Shown here: positions 11,089-21,997 of the stretch, piece by piece | How the letters are laid out: each line of letters begins with the position of its first letter | Position numbering within the stretch: position 1 is the first letter of the stretch | Source: Gonapodya sp. JEL0774 | Taxonomy: Eukaryota | Direction: 5' to 3' | Length of the DNA: 30,525 nucleotides | Assembly: GCA_027604505.1 (NCBI GenBank) | Contig: JADIIX010000091.1 | Coordinates: forward strand, 62,001 to 92,525 | The notes under the pieces: model-generated | The model's database searches: none | Told to the model about the DNA's origin: nothing | Seen by the model: the letters and a program-made list of their open reading frames with translations, nothing else | Position numbers and translations under genes: made by a program

Positions 11089-12519
11089 TTACGACGTCGC
11101 CATGAACGCACCCCCGCCTGCAAAGCCTGGGCGGAGCCAGTGACGGTACCGAGCGGAGTTTGAGATGTGCGATCGTGAGGGAGTGATACGGTGGTTTGGG
11201 TGTCCGATTGATGGGGGATCGTTGAGAGACACAATTTCGCGGGGAAGGTGTGGACGATGGGATATTTGAGACTACGGGATGGAGTTTTAGTACGACGGAA
11301 GCCAGGAAGACACGCACCGTATCCCTGATGAACGTGTAGAGGTTACGTAGTGAATAAGGAAGGCGGATTACAAGGAACGATGTCAAAGCAAGGGGCAGGA
11401 ATCGTCAGTGCTAACTCGCCTCAGACCACAGACTGTCCGCATCCCAATTCAACTCAGACAAGATTTTGCTCTACGCGATATATGTCCACCGTCCAAGTTG
11501 GTTCTTCAATCTTCAAAGGTAACGCACCTTTGGCCCCCAATTCTTGGCGTAACACCCTTTGCAAAACACCTCGCCCGGCTTTTCCTTGGCTTCTTGAGTA
11601 GACCCGGCATCAAGGACTTTGTTGCAGTCGGAACAGCGGAAACAGAGTTTGTGCCACTGGGCAGGAAGAACGATTCGGCAGTGCCGAGGGTCGATTCCGA
11701 AGTAAGATTACACACCTTAGTACTGCGTGGTCCGAGAACTTGCTCAGCAAAATAAACCCGCTTTGCACATTTGGGGCAGGTGTCACCCCCACCCAGCGCG
11801 AGCCCCGAACTGGATCCGCCGAGAGAGCGGGTTGCCCCGAGAGCTTCTTTTGAGCCACCTGGCGTTCCGGAGGTGGAGTTTGAGGCAGGTTCTGCTGCCG
11901 ATGATGGGTTCGTGGCGATTTTGTCGGTCGATGCACTTGGGGACATTGTAGGCGCGGCGCGTTGGGGAAGGGATTCGTGGGAGCTCATGAGTCCAGCGCC
12001 CCCGCCAGAGAACCCGTATCCTTTGAAGAAGGGAATCAGGTCATGAAAGGTCAGAGAGGGAGAGCAGCTCGACGCAATCATCGAACGAACTCAATTGGGA
12101 ATACTCACCCTTGGGACCCCAATTCTTTCCGTAGCAGCTCTTGCAGTACGCCTCGCCTTCCTTTTCACTCAGAGTCGTGGAATCAACGGACTTTCCGCAA
12201 GCCTGTTGAGAAGAAGCGGGTCTGACTGAGTCCCTCGCGCCAGAACAATGCATGCCTGGTCACCCCCGTAACCCTTCCACGCGCCTTACAGGTCAAGCAC
12301 CTCTTGTGCCACATTGCGGAGCCTGGTCCCATGACCTTTTCAGTAGGACAAGCGGGAAGGTAAAGCCAACCAATGGGGGAAACGGGCGAAACAATGTAAG
12401 CCGTCCAACTGCCCCTTCCACGTGGAAATTAGCCTCCATAAAATGCATACCTGCTCAGCCATGTACACTTTCTGCGAGCATCGTGGGCAATTTGGCGCTC
12501 CTCCGTAAGTTGGGCCCAT
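11089..12519 (-). CDS. Cysteine- and glycine-rich two-LIM-domain protein (CRP/CSRP-like), ~230 aa, 7 exons
   Basis: Exons 12519-12451, 12335-12285, 12202-12109, 12020-11716, 11656-11528, 11324-11318, 11126-11089. LIM1: CPRC...[11 protein letters not shown]...CKSC followed by [16 protein letters not shown]2: CPKC...[11 protein letters not shown]...CKGC followed by [13 protein letters not shown]. Confidence 0.93.
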
Positions 12520-12845
12520 TTTGGTCGTTCTGCCCTCTGGGAGGACACGGCCGGGTGAAGTCAATTATCCCGATCACACACGGATTCCTCAATTTCCATT
12601 TCCTGACATCTGCCAAATCGAACGTCAGTAAATGCGCAATTCGGAATCCGCACTTGAATTTGGCTCCCAAAATACCGAAGGTGGGTAGGGTGATTGTGTT
12701 GAAAACCTGTCTCATTTCGGAATATGCCCAAACGTTCTCTCCGCTTTCTGCCACAACAACGCATACAATAAGCATTCAAGCACATAAACAGTGGGATTGA
12801 TTTCTTGGACATCAATCCGATCGTCGTCACAGACCCGGGTAATGA

Positions 12846-14947
12846 GACTCCTTCTCTACAATTGTAAAGATAGATTGCGGCTTTTGCCTGGAGGAAAAAA
12901 CACTGGAGCTATCAGCCGCAGTCGTAGAAGATCCACCAGATGGAGGGTATGTAACACTGTCAGTATCCATACCTTGTTCTCCTGTGGTCCGAACGGATCC
13001 TCCTGTACTCAACAGGTACGGATGGATCGTCGTCACGTCGAATTTCTTCCTCAACTTTTTCGGTGTTGGATTCACATCCGTTTTCAGTCTCTTCCAAAAA
13101 AAACTACCTCTTGGGCTCCGATTTCGCCGGATCGTCGAACCTCCAGCTCTCCCTTATTGGATCCATAAAGATTGGCGGCATCACTTTCCTAGCACCGTGG
13201 GCTGGCCAACTCTCAGACAAGTACGGTCCTTCCGGAGTTGCACTATGCGGAGCCATATTGAGTTGGTTTCATGTTGCTTTTTCACGGTTACATGGCACCC
13301 ATTGACCACATCGCCCCACCACTCCAGGCATAGTGGGATACGTTGCCGGATCGTTCTCAACGTCAGTGTGGCACTTGTATCTCACGCAAGGATTCATGTA
13401 CGGACTTGGAGCGTGTTTGAGGTTTGTGCGACTGTATTGGCATCGTTGGTCGTCCTTGGGTTTAGGTCGGTTGAGTGGTAAATTCTAAATCGGTACAAAT
13501 TTTTGCACACATAGTGTCATTCTAGCCACGGCCGTGATGCCAGGATGCTTCAAAAAGCGCCGAGGTGCCTAACTCTACAATCACTCTGGAAGTGATCCCA
13601 GGCGATCCTCACAACCTCACCCCAAACCACCACCTGTCGTTTGCACCTTTCATAGGTCTCGCCTCCGGTATTTCTAGTGCCGGCACTGGCGCCGCTGGCC
13701 TCGTCCTTGCTCCGACAACCCAGTACCTCCTCGACCGGTACGGGTGCGCCACCATGAGAGCGCTGGCGGCGATCGCCGCATCTATCATAGTGCCCTCAGC
13801 ATTGACCCTCAAACAATGGAGGACCAAAGTGGAGGTGGCGAGGAGGAAAGGAGAGAACGTAAAGGTGAGTCCCGTGGTTTGATCGGGATCTCCGAGGAGG
13901 CTTCTATTATGAACATCTCCGCACCTCTCTCCCACAAAACGACAATACAAAACAACAGTCCCAGCACCCCGCTCTACCCACACACCTCTTGCGCGACCCG
14001 TCTTTCCTCCTCACCTGTGTGACCATCACCCTTGCCGTCATTTCCTTCTACGCCACACAATCTTACATGCCCCTCGCACTCAAGGATGGCGGGTATTCGG
14101 ACTCTGTATGCTCCGCTGTAGTTGCGGGCTTATCTGGTATCTTGACAGCGTCGCGAGTCTTGATGGGTTTGATCAACGAGTGGGTTTCTCGGGTGCGTCT
14201 GTACCGCGCGACCAACCGACTCGCGGCCGGGGAGTCTGTGGTGACGTGGTGAGACTCACGTCGAACCCAATGTCGGTTCTCTTTCGCCCCTTCCAAAGTC
14301 GTATCGGCACGCTCAACGTGTTCTTCATCTCGCAGCTGATGCCTGCACTTGCCGTGGTATTTCTATGGCTTCCCGGCCCCACATCACTGAGCTGGACCTT
14401 GGCTTTTATATTCCTGTGGGGTCCATTTGCCGCAGGTGAACCCAGCTTTCTTTTTATCCACAGCTTTCATTCATTTTTGGTTGGGTCCATTTATTTTCTT
14501 TTGGTGGTATTCTCGTCGGTTATAGGTCTCATTGTGGCATTGCCCTTTGTGAGCATGGAACTTTGGGCGGGGAAGGAGGGTGAGGAGAATGGTCCAATCG
14601 TGGGACTGCTGTACTTGGTGAGAACGCTTAAGCTGTCCCCTCCATGGTGACAATCCAATCATTTTTCGTGGTTCCCCACTCCTTCGCATCCCCCCAGTCC
14701 TTTTTACCTGGGGACTTGGGCGGCCAACCTCTCCTCGGCTTGCTCGTGGCCGCTTATACAATGTACACTCGGAATCCGTTTGGGATCTGATTATCGACCA
14801 ATGTTGATCTTGGTGTTTGCGACGTGGACACTATCCGCAGTGACCATTGGATGCGTCAAGATGATCGAGGCAGGGAAGAGGGTGCGTCGCCAGAGTGAGG
14901 AGGCCGGGTTGGGAGGGTTGTGCAGGAGGGTGAGAATGCCGATCTAG
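12846..14947 (+). pseudogene. MCT/Mch-family (SLC16-like) MFS transporter, frameshifted tandem copy 1
   Basis: Motifs EDPPDGG|YGWIVV, GQLSDKYG and FKKRRG|LASGISSAG; colinear with copy 2. Frameshifts at the A8 run 13096-13103 and a net 5-nt loss near 14770 (premature TGA 14788-14790; homologous stop 14945-14947). No in-frame ATG in exon 1 after the stops at 12840/12843. Confidence 0.85.
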
Positions 14948-15304
14948 GAAGGCGGCGGAGTGTTTTTCTAGCACTCAAACCAATTGACACTAAATCAAAT
15001 AACAAAATGTAGCATATCCGTGCTGCCCTACCCCTCAAACGAGTTTCTTTCACAAGTTCGTTTCGATAATACTGGGATATCCCCGCAACTCCGCGGATAT
15101 GCTCCGCGCATCGCGAGAGAAAGAAAATTCTTTCGACCACTTCAGAAAGCACAAACTTTACGTGGTCTGGAAAGGGCAATGGTCATCCAGGTTTCGGTCC
15201 GCGTGGGTCTGTTATGTAATCATTCATGACGGGAGATAACCCGACAGAAACAACGGACGCAGAGAAAAGAAGAATTGCCGCAGGCGTCTGCGCGTGTGGA
15301 TTCG

Positions 15305-17205
15305 ATGATGAATACCGACTCATCGATGCCACTGATTGTGGAGAAGGTGGAGCAGGTGGAACTTCGTGAAACGAGTAATGGATCTGCAACAGACGACAAG
15401 CCATTGGAAAGCGAGATGGCTTTAGAAGACCCACCAGATGGCGGGTGAGCTCGCAATCGTGCCTTCCCCGCCCTATTGCGGCCAGTAATTGTAATGGTCA
15501 TGTCTTCTTGAGGGTTAAAGTTATGGGTGGATAGTGGTGGTTGCCAACTTCTTTCTCAACTTCTTCGGCGTGGGATTATCTACAGTATTCGGACTTTTTC
15601 AGAAGAATTACCTTCTGGGGACAGACTTTGAGGGTTCTAATAATCTTCAAATCTCAATCATCGGTTCGTTGCAAATCGGTGGGATCACGGTTCTTGCACC
15701 GCTCGCGGGCCAACTCTCCGATAGATATGGACCTGCGAGAGTGGCGGTCTGCGGAGCAGTACTTAGTAAGTGACCTGATGGGATTGTCGAGCAACTTCAA
15801 TACCTCTAATTTCAATTCGACTCCTTCGACTCGAGGTGCTGCTGGCTATGTTGCCGCGTCCTTCTCTACCGCGATTTGGCATCTCTATCTGACGCAGGGG
15901 CTTATGTATGGTCTTGGAGCGTGTTTTAGGTGCGTGTTCTCGTAGCCACTTCTCCATAAGCCAACTGGTATTCAACTTTGATCGTCTGCAGCCTCATACC
16001 TGCTACCTCCGTCATGCCAGGCTGGTTTAAGAAACGGCGAGGACTTGCATCTGGCATCTCCAGTGCCGGCACCGGCGCAGCGGGGCTCACACTTGCTCCA
16101 CTTGTGCAACATCTTCTGGATAACTTTGGGTGGAGAACGACGCTCCGGGTGATTGCAGCGATGGTGGCTGTTGTGATCGTTCCATGTTCCTTGGTGTTGA
16201 AGCAATGGAGACCCGCTGCGGAAATCGCTCGCAGAAAGATTTCCAAGGTAAGTCCATGTGATTGATCGCTGAGATTTCATGTAATGACCAGCTCTCGATC
16301 CCAGCCCACCACGTCCTTTTTGCCCCTGTACCTCTTCAAAGACGCGTCTTTTATCCTCACATGTCTGACAATCTCTCTTGCCGCCATTTCCTTCTTTGCA
16401 CCACAATCATATATTCCATTGGCTCTGGATGATGGGGGATACAGTGACTCTGTTGGCTCCGCAGTTGTATCAGGACTTGCCGCCACCATTCTCTTCTCGA
16501 GAATCGGAATGGGTTTGCTCAACGAGTAAGTCTAACTATGTATTTACTCTCTCCTTGACTATTGCGAGTTATTGCGAGTGGCCGCTGACCTCCAAATGTG
16601 CCTCTCAGTCGATTTGGCACGCTCAACGTATTCTTCCTGTCCCAACTGATGCCAGCGCTTGCTGTCATCTGCCTTTGGCTGCCTGGTCCAACTTCTTTGG
16701 GTTGGACATTGGGATTCATTGTCGTTTGGGGTGTTTTCTCTGCCGGTAAGGCTTGAAAGCGTTTGAAGACAGCAACTGTAGGAATAAATCCAACTCGGAT
16801 GTACAGGTCTCATTGTTGCGTTACCACTCGTCAGCATGGAATTGTGGTCTGGGAAGGATGGAATAGGACCTGTTGTTGGTCTGCTTTACATGGTGAGCAA
16901 TAACTGTGACAATGCTCTGCTTGCTTGTCTTCTTGACATTGCACTTCCAGGCGTTTCTCCCTGGCGATTTGGGAGGACAACCACTACTTGGTGTCCTTGT
17001 GGACATGTACACAACCTACACTTCAGATGGCAAGCGCATTGCATCGGACTACCGACCGATGCTGTTCTTCGTGTTTGCTACCTGGGCTGTTTCTGCACTG
17101 GCAATAGGAGGTGCCAAATTAATCCAGGCAGGAAAAAGGCTGCACGCCGAAGATGGCGAATCGCAATGGGTTAATTTTTGGAGGAGAGTACACTTGAAGA
17201 TGTGA
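15305..17205 (+). CDS. MCT/Mch-family (SLC16-like) MFS transporter, intact tandem copy 2
   Basis: PPDGG|YGWIVV N-terminal signature (intron 15445-15520), motif A GQLSDRYGPARV, WFKKRRGLASGISSAG and multiple hydrophobic helices. Exons splice in phase to stop 17203-17205. The start ATG at 15305 is the first in-frame ATG and is not certain. Confidence 0.9.
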
Positions 17206-17282
17206 CATCGGAGGTGCTCAATGTATGTACATACAATAATATAACCATCATTCAACGGCTAGCGTTCCCCCCACACCGTCGT

Positions 17283-19540
17283 TCACAATTTCGCCCGAGG
17301 TAGCCCTTTGCCCCCAATCGTAATTTTACGTGCAGTAGGCCTAAGTGACGGTCCGCTCAGTTGCGCCTTTGCACGAGGCTTAGCAGCTCCAGAGAGCTCT
17401 CGGTATGTGCTGTGGTAAGCGGACAATAGCGTCGATGAACGGAGTTGTTCCTCCCCATCGATGCCGACAAACTCAGCACTCACTCGATCTCACTGGGCAT
17501 CCATCCGACATTCAGCGCCATTTTCTGTTCTTCTTCTCCCATTGCTTTTTCATAATTTCTCCTCATAAACTCCTGAAATCCTTCCCTGCCAACCTCCTTT
17601 ACCGCACCGTCCGTACCAACAATGCAGAACTTGTCGGCGAAGGGCGGCCGGTGTTTTGCTGGTGTTAGAGCATGCGAAACAGCGGCATCAATGAAAAGAG
17701 CAATGCGCTGCAAGGAGAGGGTGGTCATAGGGTGGGCGGGGACTAAGGTTTGATGGGGAGGCAGGAAACTCGTTGGTGGGCATCCACATATTGCTCAAAG
17801 TAGACTAGAAAGAGCGGACTCACACCGCATTTGCCACGCCTGTAACAAGTTTCAACATCGGAAAGCATAAGAACAGCCTCATCAGGGGTAATCCAAACGC
17901 AACCTTTTCGGCACAAACCCACATGCACTTGCCCTTCGAAAACGTCTCCCCACACTCCTCCCGCTCTTCCACCATCTCTGTCACTCCACCTTACCGCAGT
18001 CCCTACGTGTTCGTCAAAAGCTCTCTCGAGCTCCCCTGTGCAAATGTACGTCGGCGGTAGAGGTGTGCCAGTTGGAAAGCTGAAGATAGGGGAGACGAGG
18101 GGTCGGTGGAGTAGGGAATTGGGCGCGTAAGCGTTCTGGGAGTATAAAGACAAGATTTGTGGGAGGAAGAGGCCAATAGTGTGATGGGGAGTTATCGCTG
18201 GACCACCGAGAAGACAATTAAGGTGCTCACCAATCGCTTAGGCCCCTCGATTGGGCCAGAAGGAATGACGGGGCCCGTATCAAGTTCATTGAGAAGGTTT
18301 GATGGCGCACTGCCAGTGAGGTCAGTCTTGGGTGGAGGTCGGGTGCGATGTATGGTTGATGTGGGTCCGATTTCGATAGTGTGCACGCACAATCAGGGCT
18401 CGGAATCCCGAAACGACTCTTTGCGACTCAACCCACCCACGGACTAATCGCCACAATCCCCGCAGGCATTTCCATCCCGCTCTCCCTGCAATACAAAGCT
18501 GCAGCCAGCACCATGTTTCCCCCGGAACTGTCCCCCATGAAAACGATTTCGGATGCGGGGATGTTAAGGTCGTCGAGGAGATAACGATAGGCGGTTATAA
18601 TATCGGCGAGACCGGCGGGGAAGGGATGTTCGGGAGCCAGGCGGTAGTTGATACCTGGGCCAACGGTAGGAGAGCGTGAAAGGAATTTTAATAAAACAGA
18701 CGCCACCACGTAGCTCACCAAAGACTTTGGTTCCCAATCTCGCGACAGCCGTCATGAGTCCTCGGTGGGTGGTGGTGGACATGACACAGAAGCCACCACC
18801 GTCTTGGGACAGGGAGGTCCGTGTAGTTGTGGGTATTAAGAATGGTGGAGCAAAGATTGGAAATAAAATGGCCGGCACATACGGATAAAAAGCACTACGG
18901 GCTTTTGCTTCTTGGTTTGGAGGTGGTCGGATGTGTCGTTTTCTTCGATCCATTCACATTCGATTGAACCCGGTGTCGCCGGTCCTTCGAGGCCCTGATA
19001 AGGGGATGTTCAAGCAGAACGATTGCTCTCATACATTCATTCACTAGAATAAAAGAATTGGAAAGGTTTCAAATTGTTTTCCTTACTTTCCAGAATCCTT
19101 CCCGCTTGACAAACGCGAGCTCTGTCTTGATATCGTCATCGAACGGTACCTTCGCGGCCTCCGCATCCAAATCAGCTCTAACTTTTGCCAGCTGGGCATC
19201 GGTCAACTTCGTTATGTGAGGTCGGGCACGAGCCGCAGCGAGGAATGCAGATTGAGCTGGTGTCCATGACTTTTCGGCACATTCGGCAAGTCAACATCTC
19301 TCCAGTAACATCATGTTATAGCAACGCACGCACCGGGTGATGAGGATGTTTATGGTCATCTTTCGACTCCACTGATCGCCCTGGAACTGGCGTTGGTGGT
19401 TTTGATGCTTTCTCGGAATGCGATTCGTGGACAAGGAATGCGGAAGGAGTCACGCCTGAAGTGGATCCGGCAGATGCTGCAACATGTGCTTTTGGCGATG
19501 GCGATGCCGCTGGTGCATTCTTTGAGAACAAATTTCCCAT
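17283..19540 (-). CDS. Alpha/beta hydrolase, hormone-sensitive-lipase (family IV / Abhydrolase_3) type esterase
   Basis: VVLFIH|GGGF oxyanion motif (split by an intron), NYRLAPEHPFPAG, nucleophile GDSSGG, SPW|TDLT, GELE acid and GQVH catalytic His. N-terminus MGNLFSK. Last intron 17410-17483 leads to the C-terminus ...GLPRAKL*. Confidence 0.92.
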
Positions 19541-20156
19541 AGAATCGCCCCTATTTTATGTTTGGTGTGGTACAGTGTGGAGCTCACCTTACCTCGTGGC
19601 ACCCAACCGAGTCTCACAAGCTCTGGTGCAAACTCGGACTTGTAATCGTGTCAGCCCATGACCACCGCCTCATCGACCCTCCGACTCAACTCCTGCTCCA
19701 ACACGACACTCTCCACGAACGCACTAAGCGTTGGAACGAGTACCGTGCGTCACAACGGTCCCGTCCGGCCTTTGAAGCGGTAGAGACTGGTCCACCTGAG
19801 TCACTCATTTGAACAAAAATTGTGTTCTTCTTCGTGTGCCGAGCCTTTGATCAATCTGTGGTACCACATCTCATGTTCTCCCTCCCTCAAACGAACCACA
19901 AGATATTACAGTGTCTATTCCGACGATGCGACAAGTAGTACAGATAAAATATGTTTGCCAAAACCGGACCATACAATAGTCACTCATTAGTTGGGCAAAA
20001 CATGTGCTCCCTTCCGTCGTGCACCAGTCAGACCCTGCGTGTGGTTGCCTGGCTTGGCCTGACTGGATGGATACTCAAGATCAATTCGAGTCCAAGACAA
20101 ACAAGTCAGAATCCAAGTCAAACTACCTCTATTAACAAACGATACATTCCTAGAGT

Positions 20157-21929
20157 ATGCAGACCGCTTGCTCTTTCCTCTCAGGCCACTGCAGATCCGC
20201 ATCGGAGCCCCCTTGTGACGACATCCAAATTCACGATGGAATGACTCGATCGCACTCCGAAACCACTCTGTGTCTCCGAGTGAACACCTTTATGTCTGAG
20301 CTACGTCTTGTAGGCCTTGTGGACTCCATGACCGACAAGGAGGTGAGCCTGTTTGATTCCACTCGTCGTTCGAGGCCTCTAACCGCTCTCACTCTTCCTC
20401 AATCGATCACCCAATTCAAAGCGTCCTACAAGTCCCGAATCAGATAGCCTTAGCCCTCTCTCCTCTTCTTGCACACTCTGTGATGGTCTGGACGACAGGT
20501 CCGAGCCCGAGGACACCAACTCAAACTTGTGGTATCACATTCTTTCAAGCCCAGAAGGCAGATTCTGCCACTCTCAATTCGACGCCGAAAGTGTGCTCTC
20601 CGGTGCGTATGAATTCTCTCTGTGGCGACGCATTATTATTCACCGGAGTATGTTTTGGTATACAGAGTCCAAACTCTCCGCTTCAAACACTGCGCTGGTG
20701 GACCTAGACGTTCTCTTCGAACTTTTAGAATCATTGCGGCCTGCTTACGGAGATTCTTTCTCCAATGCCGTCATGTCCACCACACTACAAATCCTTTCGC
20801 TCGCTTCGTCCACTCCCATAGCCAGACCACAAGTTTACCATCCCCTTGGAGCTACTGTACTGGATCCTGAATGTGCAAAATCAACTCTGGCTGCCTCTAA
20901 GGGGGAACCAACTGATGGCATCCCGTCCGCCGAGATCTCTGAAGGTGAGGTAATCTGCGGGGATCACCTATGATCTGCTCACTCCCGCAAATGCTTCGAG
21001 TGTGTGACGTGTTTCAATTTTTATGATCAGCGTTGTCCGTCCCCTTGTCAATTCCGTCAACCCCTTTATCCCCCGTCCAACCCGATCTGATCCACGCAGC
21101 AGCATCCTTGAAGTCCCTTTTGCGGGTGGGAACGGAAACAGGTGAAGTAAAATCTGTGGATTGTTTCGAGAAGCGAGCTGGAAGTGAGTCTTTCGCCCTC
21201 GAGTACTCAAGATCTACGGTGCTTGACCATGTTCTATCAACTCATGGGATTATCGACATTGTAGTGCTCACATGCGCCGAGTTAGAAGCTTCCTTCTTTA
21301 GCGCGCACAACAATGAAAGCGTAGTGGGCTCTTTGGTGGAAACGGAGCACGAGCATTCGGAACTGTCGTACGCCCAATCAGGTCTCGAGTTCCCAGAAAC
21401 ACCTCAGGAACCACTTTCCCCGAACAAAAGCTCCGTCGATCGGCCCGAGTGCTGTAAAGCTCAAGATTATATTGATATCATCGTCGAAATTCCCAGCACT
21501 TTGTGCCCCAATTCCGATCTTTCGGCAGTCGACCACGAGATCCGCCATGTTGGTGATCTTCGCTCCGACGCATCACTTGAGCTCTACTTGGAGAGCGACA
21601 ACTTTCGTCCTCTATCAGAGCTCTCGGAACCGCCGAGCCTGGAGCTTGGTCAAGGTTCGTTACGAACACGAAAAAGTCGGTCTCAATTGCGGTCCTTTGG
21701 GCCGCTGGCGCGTTGGGGCGAGGAGGAATTGGGGGAAGAGGAGGTAGAAGGAGGAGACGAAATGTTGGAAAGTGTGCAGCCACAGCCGTTATTGAAGCCC
21801 GTGGTGGAGAAGGCCGTGGTGCTCCGATGGGTTCCTGAGTTTCACGGAGGGGTGGAGAACTTTTTCCGGTACCGAATGTGTCAAGATTCGGTTAGGATGT
21901 GGAGGGGAACCGCTTATCAAGTTAGCTAA
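20157..21929 (+). CDS. Hypothetical multi-exon acidic protein; either a separate gene or the 5' exons of the IQCH-like gene
   Basis: Phase-consistent exons link ORFs 20157-20447, 20527-20973 and 21033-21929 via GT-AG introns. A possible donor just before the 21927 stop could splice in phase to IDPQPPKPP of ORF 21953-22615. No domain recognised. Confidence 0.55.
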
Positions 21930-21997
21930 GGTTTGAGTGTTTTGAATATTATGTGATAGCAATTCTGAACATGTTTTGCGGATGTTCAACTGTCGAG

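Noticed and set aside
12252..12800. 182-aa + strand ORF
   Set aside because: Antisense to LIM exons 1-2 and the promoter region, with no domain features.
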